A DNA stretch of 39,840 nt. Origin: Candidatus Calditenuaceae archaeon HR02 (lineage in GTDB: Archaea > Thermoproteota > Nitrososphaeria_A > Caldarchaeales > Calditenuaceae). The DNA is taken from the NCBI GenBank assembly GCA_002898395.1, contig BEHE01000017.1, positions 1 through 39,840 of the forward strand. Reading direction: 5' to 3'. The notes beneath the pieces were generated by a model. It worked only from the letters and a program-made list of their open reading frames with translations. It made no database searches and was not told where the DNA came from. Positions 8,385-17,675 of this stretch are shown here, piece after piece (position 1 is the stretch's first letter; every line of letters starts with the position of its first letter). Position numbers and translations under genes: made by a program.

Positions 8385-9427
8385 AGGCTGTCGAAGATCT
8401 TCACGGCCTCCCTCGCAATTGCGTCTGCCATCTCTAGTGTGCTAGCGTTGCCGTTAAGGTCGTAAGTTACCGTCTTACCCTCCTCTATCACCTTCTCAGT
8501 CGCAGCGAAGATGCTCTTAGCATACCTCTGATAGCCGAGATAGTCTAGCATCCAGGCCGCTGAGAGGATCGTTGCCGTAGGGTTGACCTTATATAGGCCC
8601 TTATACTTGGGTGCGCTTCCATGTGCGGGCTCGAACATCGCGTATCTGTCCCCAATGTTTGCTGAGTATACGAGGCCTATGTTGCCTATCAGGGAGGAAG
8701 AGAGCTCCGAGATAACGTCCATGAAGAGGTTTGTGCTTAGGAGGACCGTCTGGTTGAACCTCTGCGGGTTTTTAACCAGCTGCTGTGCCATGTTGTCTAT
8801 GTAGTATTCCTCGAGCTCAATTTCTGGGAATTCTTTGGATACTGCCTCGACGCTGCTCCAGAAAACCGAGTCCGTTAGCCTCAATATGTTTCGCTTTGTA
8901 ATGGCGATGACTTTTCTGTAGCCGCGGTTAACGGCCTCTCTGAACGCGACTCGCGCAATCCTCTCTGAGCCTCTCCTCGTTATCTTCCTGATGGCTATCG
9001 CTGTATCCTGGTCAAGCATGGCCTCAGCCCCTATGTAGAGGCCCTCGGTCGCCTCCCTGACGCAGAGGAAGTCCACCTCCCCGAGCGGTCCAACCCTCCC
9101 CTTGAACGTCTTGATCGGTCTTAGGTTGGCGTAGAGGTCCATCCTCCTCCTAATGTTTACCGCTACGCTTCCAGGTGCGTTGGGGTCTGGTGGAGTTGTG
9201 GTCGGGGCCTTGAGGCATGCGTCGCTATTCATTATGGCCTCCCAAGTCTCAGGGGGTATAAGGTTGGGTAGGCTCGGCTTCCCGGCTGAGAGCCACCACT
9301 CGTATCCCGCATCACATCTTACCACCTCAATATCAGGGCGGAGGGCGTCTATGACACGGAGTGCGGCCTCGGCAAGCTCTGGGCCAGTGCCATCACCATT
9401 AATAACGACAATCCGTTTCCTAGCCAT
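8381..9427 (-). CDS. Isocitrate/isopropylmalate (beta-decarboxylating) dehydrogenase family protein
   Basis: GDGTGPE, LYANLRP, REATEGLY, IDNMAQQLV, NLFMDVISE, FEPAHGSAPK, NPTATILS. Substrate not determinable. Confidence 0.9.
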   Translation of the reverse strand: MARKRIVVINGDGTGPELAEAALRVIDALRPDIEVVRCDAGYEWWLSAGKPSLPNLIPPETWEAIMNSDACLKAPTTTPPDPNAPGSVAVNIRRRMDLYANLRPIKTFKGRVGPLGEVDFLCVREATEGLYIGAEAMLDQDTAIAIRKITRRGSERIARVAFREAVNRGYRKVIAITKRNILRLTDSVFWSSVEAVSKEFPEIELEEYYIDNMAQQLVKNPQRFNQTVLLSTNLFMDVISELSSSLIGNIGLVYSANIGDRYAMFEPAHGSAPKYKGLYKVNPTATILSAAWMLDYLGYQRYAKSIFAATEKVIEEGKTVTYDLNGNASTLEMADAIAREAVKIFDSL

Positions 9428-9471
9428 TCAGCCCAACGATAGCGTCCCCCTCTTAACTAATTTTTCCCCGT

Positions 9472-10752
9472 CTAGGCCTTAGGTCTTAGAACGGTTCTGC
9501 CCCTCATGTAGGGGTGGAGGACCTCAGGAATCTCAACCGAGCCATCCCTCCTCTGATAATTCTCCAATATTGCAACAATGGTCCTCTCAGTGGCTATGGC
9601 CGTGCTGTTGAGTGTGTGGACATATTTTGTCTCCTCGACGTGGGGCGCCTCCCTGTACCTAATCCTGAGCCTCCTGGCCTGGTAATCTGTGCAATTGCTG
9701 CAGGAGACGACCTCGCGGTATCTCCCTTGGGCAGGCATCCAAACCTCCAGGTCGTACTTCTTAGCCGCTATGGGTCCCAGCTCCCCGACACAGATGTTAA
9801 CAATCCTGTAGGGCAGGCCGAGCGACCTGTAGAGCTCCTCGGCATTCCTGATCAGGAACTCGTGCTCATCCCAAGACTGGTCCTCCCTGCAGAAGCTAAA
9901 CTGCTCGACCTTCTCGAACTGATGAACCCTGAATATTCCCTTTGTATCCTTACCGTGGGCACCCGCCTCCTTCCTGAAGCACGGGCTCACACCAGCATAT
10001 CTCAGGGGGAGTATTCTTCCGTCTAGTATTTCGTCGGCATGTAATCCCGCTATTGCATGCTCGGCGGTGCCGATGAGGTAAAGGTCCTCGCCCTCAATCT
10101 TGTATATCATGTCCTCAAAGTCCTTCAGAGAGATCGCACCGGCGAGTATATCCCTCTTGATCATGTAGGGGGGCTGGATGATTCTAAACCCCTTGGTTGC
10201 AAGGAAGTCTAGCGCGTAGTTTATGAGCGCTAGGTTCAGAAGGACAATCTCGTCGAGGAGGTAGTAGAATCTGGCTCCCGCCACCTTTGAGGCGCGCTCT
10301 AGGTCAGCCATGGCTAAAATGTTAAGGATGTCAACGTGGTCTCGCATATAGTCGTTTGAGCGCGGCTCACCCCAACTCCTAACAACTACGTTATCCTCCT
10401 CAGAGGCTCCGTCTGGAACAGACTCGTGGGGGATGTTAGGCAGGTTGAAGAGCGTATCTCTCAGGAAGCCCTCCATCTCCTCCAGCTCCTTCTCAAGCCT
10501 CTCGATCTCGGCCCCGACCCTGCTGCTCCTCTCCCTCAACTCACCAACCTTTGCCTCGTCATCCTTAGCCCTACCTATCTCGGCTGCAATCCTGTTCCTC
10601 TCGTGTCTCAGCTCCTGCAGGCGCTTTATCAGCGCCCTTCTCCTCGCATCCCTCTCAATGACAATATCCACTATCGAGGGGTCGATGCCCCTTCTCGCCA
10701 GGCCGGCCTTAAAGTAATCGGGCCGTTGCCGAATCTGCTTTATGTCTAGCAA
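9472..10752 (-). CDS. serS: Serine--tRNA ligase
   Basis: N-terminal coiled arm, LPNIPHESVP, GTAE, FRKEAGAHGKDTKGIFRVHQFEKVEQF, EVVSCSNCTDYQARRL, HTLNSTAIATER. Confidence 0.97.
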   Translation of the reverse strand: MLDIKQIRQRPDYFKAGLARRGIDPSIVDIVIERDARRRALIKRLQELRHERNRIAAEIGRAKDDEAKVGELRERSSRVGAEIERLEKELEEMEGFLRDTLFNLPNIPHESVPDGASEEDNVVVRSWGEPRSNDYMRDHVDILNILAMADLERASKVAGARFYYLLDEIVLLNLALINYALDFLATKGFRIIQPPYMIKRDILAGAISLKDFEDMIYKIEGEDLYLIGTAEHAIAGLHADEILDGRILPLRYAGVSPCFRKEAGAHGKDTKGIFRVHQFEKVEQFSFCREDQSWDEHEFLIRNAEELYRSLGLPYRIVNICVGELGPIAAKKYDLEVWMPAQGRYREVVSCSNCTDYQARRLRIRYREAPHVEETKYVHTLNSTAIATERTIVAILENYQRRDGSVEIPEVLHPYMRGRTVLRPKA

Positions 10753-10798
10753 CCCTTAAAGACTGTCAGCCCAGCTGTATTTAACATAGTTCCGCCCT

Positions 10799-11323
10799 TC
10801 AACTAAGTAGGCTCCTGAGGCTGGGGTCGCTGATCTCCTGTAGTGCTGACTTTGTGAACTCCTCTGCTAGGCCTTCAGCGGCCCTCCCCTCCCTCTCATA
10901 GGCTGTGGCCTGAAGCACCATCTCCAGTTTGTCAAGTTGTTTGACGAGCCTTGCCTCCTCGCTCGACTGTGACAAATACTCGTTGTAGAGCTGGAGTATC
11001 AGGCTGCCGATCTTCGCGGGAACCTTCTCAACTATCTTCCGCATAGCTTCCTTCTCCGCCTCTACGTAGTTTTTGTTTGATCTCTTCTCGCCGGGGGGTA
11101 TGTCCCCTGTGAGGGCCTCTGCGAGGTCATGGATGATGGCTATCGCGGCTGTCTTAAACGGATCTAGGCCCCGCTCCGCTGCGAGAAGCATCGAGAGTAG
11201 TGCGAGGTTGTAGGAGTGGTCGGCAACAGACTCAGGCTCTTTCACACCCCTCCTGACCCAGCCCTCCCTCCTTAGCTCCTTTAGAACCGCACCCAGACTG
11301 AAGATGGTGACTATCCAGCTCAC
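10799..11323 (-). CDS. HD-domain hydrolase (YfbR/HDDC2-like 5'-deoxynucleotidase)
   Basis: LKELRREGW, ESVADHS, IHDLAEALTGDI, VKQLDKLE. Confidence 0.88.
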   Translation of the reverse strand: MSWIVTIFSLGAVLKELRREGWVRRGVKEPESVADHSYNLALLSMLLAAERGLDPFKTAAIAIIHDLAEALTGDIPPGEKRSNKNYVEAEKEAMRKIVEKVPAKIGSLILQLYNEYLSQSSEEARLVKQLDKLEMVLQATAYEREGRAAEGLAEEFTKSALQEISDPSLRSLLS

Positions 11324-11481
11324 TCCCCACTACCTCTCCCTACACTCTCACCAGCCTTCAACTCACTCTCGCTTAACATCCTGGCGGGCGGATGCGGGTT
11401 AACAAGGCTCCCTCCACAGACTGGGCATTTATCGGTCCGCAGCGTGTAGCGCCAGCAGACGGAGCATCTCCGGAGCCTCAT
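11320..11481 (-). CDS. nop10: H/ACA RNP protein Nop10 (not in ORF track)
   Basis: Manual translation MRLRRCSVCWRYTLRTDKCPVCGGSLVNPHPPARMLSESELKAGESVGRGSGE (53 aa). CxxC-YTL-CPxCG-HPP pattern, ATGA overlap with aIF2-alpha (conserved archaeal synteny) and GTGA overlap with the HD gene. Confidence 0.88.
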   Translation of the reverse strand: MRLRRCSVCWRYTLRTDKCPVCGGSLVNPHPPARMLSESELKAGESVGRGSGE

Positions 11482-12254
11482 TTCTTCTCCTCTTCAACAG
11501 CTGCTATGCCGCCGTGTTCCGACATAATCTGGGCCATCCTGCTCAGCGCCTGTTGTTTAAGCTCTTCCACCCTCTCGAGTGTTGCAGCCTCAACCCTCAA
11601 GAGATATCTCGGTGGGCCTACCACGGTTATTGAGAGCTTCTCGCCGCTCCCGGCCAGACTCATGGCCTCCTGAGCCGCCCTCCTGATAACTCCAACACCA
11701 CCCTTTCCTGCGTATAGCCTAACAATAACTTTCGAGACGCTCACAGTCTTCTTAATCTCTTTCTTGCAGAACTCGACTAGGGCGTCCTTAACCTCCTTTG
11801 GGAGGTTCACCCACTGTGGCACCTCGTCCCCGGAGGCTATGTCCTCCATGAGCCCGTAAAGGTCTACATGTCTATCAGCCGCGGGCTTGACCAGCCCCTC
11901 CTCTATCACCGACTTATCTACACCCGCCTTCTCTGCCAAGATTGAGAGCATCTTCGAGACCTTCACAACCCTGTTCCACTCAGCCATCTTCTCAGCCCTC
12001 TCCTTCAGGGTAACCCGCCTCAGCGAGACGTCGACTTGGAGGTTCTCCGGCGAGCTCCTGACCACCCTAAAGACTGTCCTCTGACCTTCTCTGAGATAGT
12101 CTCTGATGTTTCGCACCCACTTCATCGAGATCTCTGAGAGTGGGACGAAGGCCTCGAGCCCGTCATACTCTTCGAGCCTAACGTTCACCCCATGCCTCAT
12201 AACCCTGGTGACTGTCCCTATGACCAGCTCCCCTTGCTGAGGAAACTTCTTCAA
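11478..12254 (-). CDS. eif2a: Translation initiation factor 2 alpha subunit
   Basis: S1 domain FPQQGELVIGTV...SEISMKWVRNIRDYLREGQ...VDVSLRRV and C-terminal GPPRY. Confidence 0.95.
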   Translation of the reverse strand: MKKFPQQGELVIGTVTRVMRHGVNVRLEEYDGLEAFVPLSEISMKWVRNIRDYLREGQRTVFRVVRSSPENLQVDVSLRRVTLKERAEKMAEWNRVVKVSKMLSILAEKAGVDKSVIEEGLVKPAADRHVDLYGLMEDIASGDEVPQWVNLPKEVKDALVEFCKKEIKKTVSVSKVIVRLYAGKGGVGVIRRAAQEAMSLAGSGEKLSITVVGPPRYLLRVEAATLERVEELKQQALSRMAQIMSEHGGIAAVEEEKK

Positions 12255-12292
12255 CCCTCAGACACCGACCCTCAATTGGTAGGCCCAGGCTT

Positions 12293-13531
12293 TTAGCCCT
12301 TCGACCCCCAACCGCGCCCCAACCTCATATGCGCCCTGACGAGGTGGTGGGCTGCTAGAGCCGCGACTAGCGAGACTTCACCCGCTAAGACGGTTGCAGC
12401 TACTATCTCCGCCATCCTTAGTGCGTTGGTCCCTACTGGGTTGCCGGGCCCAGCCACGCCCATCAACTCTAGGGCCGCCCTCTGTGCGGGCAGCCAGGTC
12501 CCTCCGCCGACCGTCCCAAGCTCAAGGCTGGGAAGCGTGACTGAGAGGTAGACGCCCTCTTCGAGAGCCTCGACCATTGTGAGGCAGAAGCTTGACTCGA
12601 CGACCTGGGCCGGGTCCTGGCCTGTTGCGAGGAATATCGCGGTGATTACGTTTGCGGCGTGGGCGTTGAAGCCTCCGAGCACCCCGGCCCTGGCCGAGCC
12701 TAGGTAAAACTTTGTCACCGCAACCTTCTCCATCTCCTCGGGCGTCGTCTTAAGCCTTTCCTCAACAATCCTCCGCGGAATGGTGGTCTCCGCCGTGACG
12801 GTCTTTCCTCGGCCAAGTATCCAGTTGATCGCCGCCGCCTTCTTGTCCGTGCAGAGGTTTCCGCTCAGGGCTATGTGCCTGGCCCAAGGATTAGCCTCCA
12901 CTATTTTCTCGGCTACACGCTCAGCCCCGCGGGTGACCATGTTCATGCCCATTGCGTCGCCCGTCCTCGCCTCGATCCTGAGAAAGAGATACCTTCCTAC
13001 AACGAAGGGTTTTAGGTCAAGCACCTCGCCGTGGCGTGTTGTCTCACTGAACGCCTCCTTGAGCCTCTCCTGCTCCCTCTTCACCCAGCCTGCAAGTTCT
13101 ACACTATGCCCCACGCTGGGTGTCTCGAAGACGGGCGCCCTGGTCATCGCATCGGAGATAACCGCCACACTGGCTCCTCCAGCCTCCCTTACAGCCGCGC
13201 AGCCCCTGTTCACACTAGCGACCAGCGCCCCCTCAGTCGTGGCAAGAGGGACATAGTATTCGCCGCGGGCATATGTACCCTCGACCTTTATGGGCCCAGC
13301 CACTCCGACAGGGATGCTTACAGCCCCGATCGTATTCTCACAGTTCCTCCCGACTATCTGGTCGAAGGGAAGGTCTGACCTGAGCGCCGACAGGTCCTTA
13401 CCAAGCCTCCTCTCGAGAAATCTCCTCCTAACCTCCGTCGCCTTCACACTGCTCCCGAGGAGCTCGTCTAGCTTGTAGAGAGCGATCTCCCCCCTCTCAA
13501 GCGCCTCCTCTATATCCATACCCTCACACAT
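12293..13531 (-). CDS. hmgA: HMG-CoA reductase, class I (NADPH)
   Basis: CENTIG, PLATTEGALVASVNRG, TGDAMGMNMV, SGNLCTDKK, GQDPAQ, GTVGGGT. Start may be ATG at 13519. Confidence 0.96.
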   Translation of the reverse strand: MCEGMDIEEALERGEIALYKLDELLGSSVKATEVRRRFLERRLGKDLSALRSDLPFDQIVGRNCENTIGAVSIPVGVAGPIKVEGTYARGEYYVPLATTEGALVASVNRGCAAVREAGGASVAVISDAMTRAPVFETPSVGHSVELAGWVKREQERLKEAFSETTRHGEVLDLKPFVVGRYLFLRIEARTGDAMGMNMVTRGAERVAEKIVEANPWARHIALSGNLCTDKKAAAINWILGRGKTVTAETTIPRRIVEERLKTTPEEMEKVAVTKFYLGSARAGVLGGFNAHAANVITAIFLATGQDPAQVVESSFCLTMVEALEEGVYLSVTLPSLELGTVGGGTWLPAQRAALELMGVAGPGNPVGTNALRMAEIVAATVLAGEVSLVAALAAHHLVRAHMRLGRGWGSKG

Positions 13532-13552
13532 CCTACCTGGCGCGGCTTATAG

Positions 13553-15151
13553 TTATGCCGGATCACCCTCGTCCACGGGTCGCCCCTTCTTCTCAAACTG
13601 CCTTTGGTAGAGTGTTCTGAGGCGTTGGAGTGTGTCAACCTCCAATGGATTCTTATCGCTCCTAATCCTGACTATCCTGGCGAACCTGAGTGCGAAGCCG
13701 CTCTCATAGTGTGGGCTCCTCTGTATCTCGTTGTAGGCGATCTCGACGACTATCTCAGGCCTAACCGTGACCCCCCACTCAGTCTCGCCGGTCTTTATCG
13801 AGAGGAGCCGCTTAGTCATCTGTTGGAACTCCTGATCCGTTAGGCCCTTGAATGTCTTTCCCACAACAGCGAAGCCCCCAGCCTCCTCGTCGAGAACGGC
13901 TAGATGATAGTTGCTCAGCCATCCCTTTCTCCTACCATGACCCCACTCTGCAGCAACTATCACGACATCGATCCTGTCGGCAGGCTTCAGCTTAAGCCAC
14001 TTAGACCCCCTCCTCCCGGGAGTATAGGCGCTCCTAAGATCCTTCGCCACGACCCCTTCATGACCCTCCTCTATGACCCGTTTCAGGAACTCTTCTGCGG
14101 CCGCTGGCTCTCTGACCACGAGGCGCGGGGCGAGTATGTCTTGCCTAACGACGGATTCCAGCCTCCTACGCCTCTCCTCGTAGGGCTTGTCTATCAGGGC
14201 CTCGCCGTCGATGTAGAGCGCGTCAAATACCCAGAGCCTCAGAGGCAGCTTCCTCACGGCCTTAAGCACATCCCTCTCCCTACCAACCCTCCGCATTGTT
14301 TCTTGGAATGGCATAGCCCTGCCAGACTCGTCGACGGCAACCACCTCGCCGTCCAAGACAGCCGACCCTACAACTACGGCCCCGCGGACACTATCCACAA
14401 TGTCTGGAACCCTCTCCGTAATGTCTGTAAGGCGTCTGGTATAGACCCTGACCCGGGAGCCCTCGATGTGTATCTGCACCCTGACGCCGTCGTATTTGGG
14501 CTCAAGACTTGTGACGCCTCCGTGAAGGGTGATGGCGTCCTCGACTCTGTCGCACATCTCCGCAAGCATTGGCCTCACGGGTTGGAAGGGTCTAAGCTCG
14601 ACTCCTCTTAGCTCGCCCGAGACGGCCAGCTTCACGAGCTCTCCGATATCATTCACAAGCATGTCCACTCTCCTCACAAACTCTGGGTCCGCTCCAGTCA
14701 TGGAGGCGACAGCCTCAAGCATTAACCCGTGGTTCACGCCGTGCCTCATCTCACCTGAGAGAATCCTCAAAAACCACTCAAGCTCCTCCCCGCTACACCT
14801 CTGGAAGAGCGACTGTAGAACAGCCACCTTCCTAGCCCGCGAACCAGTTCCCTGGATCGAGGCTATAGCCTTGAGCGAGGACCATAGGTCCAGGAGTGTG
14901 AGAGGCTCCTGAACTAGTGTCGAGGTCGGCCTCTTGCTGAGCGCCTCGCTGATGGTTGACCAGCCGACGCTCAGCGGCCTCCTTCCCTTGACGTCCGGCG
15001 GCAGCCCGAGAAGGAGATACGCGGCTATCTTCGAGTACTCTGGCTGCATCCTACCCAAATACTCGGAGAGAAGCCTAACCTTCGCATTTCTACTATTCGT
15101 CGCTTCAAGAGCCTTGCAGAGCCAAACAAGCTCGTTGAAACTGGAGCCCAC
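13553..15151 (-). CDS. lig: ATP-dependent DNA ligase
   Basis: Motif I EPKYDGVR, LDGE, VFDAL, EGVVAK, WLKLKP, and OB-fold LRFARIVRIRSDK. Confidence 0.95.
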   Translation of the reverse strand: MGSSFNELVWLCKALEATNSRNAKVRLLSEYLGRMQPEYSKIAAYLLLGLPPDVKGRRPLSVGWSTISEALSKRPTSTLVQEPLTLLDLWSSLKAIASIQGTGSRARKVAVLQSLFQRCSGEELEWFLRILSGEMRHGVNHGLMLEAVASMTGADPEFVRRVDMLVNDIGELVKLAVSGELRGVELRPFQPVRPMLAEMCDRVEDAITLHGGVTSLEPKYDGVRVQIHIEGSRVRVYTRRLTDITERVPDIVDSVRGAVVVGSAVLDGEVVAVDESGRAMPFQETMRRVGRERDVLKAVRKLPLRLWVFDALYIDGEALIDKPYEERRRRLESVVRQDILAPRLVVREPAAAEEFLKRVIEEGHEGVVAKDLRSAYTPGRRGSKWLKLKPADRIDVVIVAAEWGHGRRKGWLSNYHLAVLDEEAGGFAVVGKTFKGLTDQEFQQMTKRLLSIKTGETEWGVTVRPEIVVEIAYNEIQRSPHYESGFALRFARIVRIRSDKNPLEVDTLQRLRTLYQRQFEKKGRPVDEGDPA

Positions 15152-15287
15152 CAGCCCTTAGATGGTGCTCCGCCACTATTATACTGGTTACCCTTATCCA
15201 GCCCCTACCACATCCCCCCCGTGATACCTGCCCAGAAGTGGAGGGAGAATTCTTTTATCACTCCGTGCTGCGGGTTTATGGCAGTAG

Positions 15288-15791
15288 TTGGTTAGACCGG
15301 AGACGGCTGCACGCGATATCGGCGTCGTCATCAGACCGGTTAGGGAAGAGGAGATTCTAACAATCATGAACATCAACAGGGTATGCCTCCCAGAGAACTA
15401 CTCCTACTCCTTCTTCTACTCGATCTTCAAGAGTAATCCTGAGAGCTTTCTCGTAGCGGATGTGGGCGGCGTAATAGCGGGGTATGTTATGTGTAGAGTC
15501 GAGTGGGGGGGATCTAAGATTGATACGCTGAGGCTTCGCAAGCTGGGACACATTGTCTCGATTGCTGTATTGCCGGAGTTTCGCAGGAGGGGGATTGGGA
15601 GGGCGCTTATGCAGGAGGCACTCAACGTGTTGAAAAACGTCTATGGATGCGACGAGGTCTATCTAGAAGTACGGGTGACCAACACCCTGGCAATAAACCT
15701 ATACCACTCCCTCGGATTCAAAGTTACGCGGGTCGCCAAAAACTACTATATCGATGGAGAAGACGCATACGTCATGGCCCTCAAGTTCTAG
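15288..15791 (+). CDS. rimI: N-terminal acetyltransferase (Ard1/RimI family GNAT)
   Basis: NRVCLPENYS, GHIVSIAVLPEFRRRGIG, LEVRVTN, YYIDGEDAYVM. Confidence 0.92.
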   Translation: MVRPETAARDIGVVIRPVREEEILTIMNINRVCLPENYSYSFFYSIFKSNPESFLVADVGGVIAGYVMCRVEWGGSKIDTLRLRKLGHIVSIAVLPEFRRRGIGRALMQEALNVLKNVYGCDEVYLEVRVTNTLAINLYHSLGFKVTRVAKNYYIDGEDAYVMALKF

Positions 15792-16132
15792 AGCTCACCA
15801 AGTCTGTGCTGCCTGATTCGGAGGACGAGGACGCTCACATGGTTAGGCTCCAGCGACAATGTATTCCCGAAAGAGTACCTACCCGAGATTTTGTCAATGT
15901 GGATATATCTGCCCCTGGGTCGCTCTGCGTTTTTCACGTAGTAGATTAGAATCCCACCGCCAGGACCCGTGACAAGGAGGAAATACGCGTCATCCGCCTC
16001 CGAGTAGTGCAAGATCGGTATAGGGAAAGATGATGCCAGGAGGACTATATCATCGAAGCTATCCAGCATCACTTTCACTACGCGGGGCCAAGCCCCTTCG
16101 GTGGGCTCCACACCCAGAACCCGGGACACCAC
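15788..16132 (-). CDS. Conserved hypothetical protein
   Basis: 114 aa, 12 bp downstream of the nucleotidyltransferase on the same strand, with host-like codon usage. Confidence 0.7.
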   Translation of the reverse strand: MVSRVLGVEPTEGAWPRVVKVMLDSFDDIVLLASSFPIPILHYSEADDAYFLLVTGPGGGILIYYVKNAERPRGRYIHIDKISGRYSFGNTLSLEPNHVSVLVLRIRQHRLGEL

Positions 16133-16144
16133 CCTATAATAAGC

Positions 16145-16867
16145 TTACACGGTCGCGCCTCCCTCGGAGCCCTCAGCGTCCCTTCTAATCAGAAACCTCT
16201 CAACCTCCTCCATGTCCTTCACCGTCTCGACGCTCCGCCAGAAAGTATCCCGGAAAGGCACAGCCCTAAGCCTCCCCATTGAAGAGAGCTTAGGGAAGAC
16301 CTCGACCTCAAGCGAGCCCTGCTCCGGAAGATGCTGGAATACCTCTCCGCTAAACCCGTAAACCCCCGCATTTATCCAGTAGTCATAGAGCACCGGCTTC
16401 TCTCGAAACGCCTTGATGACGCGGGTATCAGCGTCGAACTCCACGACGCCGTAGCTTGACGGAAGAGGCACCAAGGCTATTGCGCCAATGGCACCGCTGT
16501 TAAGCTCCTCAAGAACATCCAGTGGATCAATATCCGTGATTACGTCCCCGTTGACCACTAGTATGCGGTCCTCGCCCCTACAGTGCTCCTCCGCGTTCTT
16601 CAAGGCGCCGGCGGTCCCGAGTAAGTTCTTCTCAATGGAGTAAGCGATCTCCACACCCCACTTCGACCCATCCCCCAGCCTCTCAACAAACTTCTCAGCC
16701 AAATAACCGATACAGAAGACTATCCTCCTGAATCCATGCCCCACAAGCCACTCGATCTGCCACTCTGCAATCGCCTTTCCACCCAGCTCAAGGAGAGGCT
16801 TAGGGACCTTATCAGTCAGAGGCCTCAGACGCTTCCCCAATCCACCAGCAATAATCAGCGCGATCAA
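16145..16867 (-). CDS. Sugar-phosphate nucleotidyltransferase (NTP_transferase family)
   Basis: AGGLGKRLRPLT, PKPL, LGTAGAL, VNGDV, FREKP, WINAGVY. No left-handed beta-helix tail. Confidence 0.9.
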   Translation of the reverse strand: MIALIIAGGLGKRLRPLTDKVPKPLLELGGKAIAEWQIEWLVGHGFRRIVFCIGYLAEKFVERLGDGSKWGVEIAYSIEKNLLGTAGALKNAEEHCRGEDRILVVNGDVITDIDPLDVLEELNSGAIGAIALVPLPSSYGVVEFDADTRVIKAFREKPVLYDYWINAGVYGFSGEVFQHLPEQGSLEVEVFPKLSSMGRLRAVPFRDTFWRSVETVKDMEEVERFLIRRDAEGSEGGATV

Positions 16868-17035
16868 ACCGCAACACCAAACCCAACGACACGCAGAGTC
16901 CGACTAGGCACCATCACATCCACAATAATAATCCTCACCCCCCAGCCCACATAAGCCTCTAGACACCTACGCATAAACTCTAATTAAAACGGCGGTGAAG
17001 ACTCCCGCTCAAATGCCGAGCCTCAAGCGAGTAAA

Positions 17036-17180
17036 AGAAATAGTGACTGTCCCGTCTGGCTCATTACCGATATGGCCGGTTAGGCCTAATTCCCGGGCGA
17101 GCTTTCGGACGAACCTTCTATAACCCCATCCACTGAACCCACCCGAAGACCATTCAGAGAGTAAGCCTGCGCCCCATCAT
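17036..17180 (-). pseudogene. Acylphosphatase-like gene remnant
   Basis: MGRRLTL*MVFGWVQWMG then a frameshift to GYRRFVRKLARELGLTGHIGNEPDGTVTI, matching the acylphosphatase GxVQGVGFR...GxVxNxxDG pattern. Confidence 0.7.
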
Positions 17181-17345
17181 GCCACGCCACGGACGTTTTA
17201 TCTTTTATTGCGTAGACAACGCGGAGGACTCCAGGCTCTCAGCCGCGTCCACCGGCGAGCTCTATGTTCATAACATATCCATTGATTCTGCATGTGGGTG
17301 GTTTATGGGGTGTTTTTTCTATGCCGGTAGGTTTAGTTGCTTTTC

Positions 17346-17675
17346 TCATGTGGCTCTTCTGCTTTTCTTTGCGATGGCGTATGCGCCGATTCCTGCGATG
17401 AAGATTAGCGCAATGCCTGCGGCGATTAGCGGGTTGACTGTGCTTGGGGTTGAGATTCCTGTGCCGATCACCAGGGCTATTCCTCCCCAGAGGAAATAAT
17501 AGAGGGGTTCCCTGGAGGCTGCGCCGTAGGTGACAGTGTATATTCCGAGGGCTGAGAGGATGATTCCGGCTGCCGTTAAGGGCTGGATAGGGATGACGCC
17601 TGCCCCCACGAGGAGTAGTAATGCCCCCGCCGTGGCTAGAACTGTGACCAGTGCCCCCGCCCCGTAGCTGATCAT
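17346..17675 (-). CDS. Small multi-pass membrane protein (about 4 TM, 109 aa)
   Basis: Likely start ATG at 17675 (ATGA overlap with SPFH stop). MISYGAGALVTVLATAGALLLLVGAG... is hydrophobic with a basic tail KKSRR. Confidence 0.8.
   Translation of the reverse strand: MISYGAGALVTVLATAGALLLLVGAGVIPIQPLTAAGIILSALGIYTVTYGAASREPLYYFLWGGIALVIGTGISTPSTVNPLIAAGIALIFIAGIGAYAIAKKSRRAT

Noticed and set aside
16990-17190. GC-rich gap with GGCG...CGCC ends, considered as a structured ncRNA
   Set aside because: Better explained as an acylphosphatase pseudogene on the minus strand. No tRNA, SRP or RNase P motifs seen.
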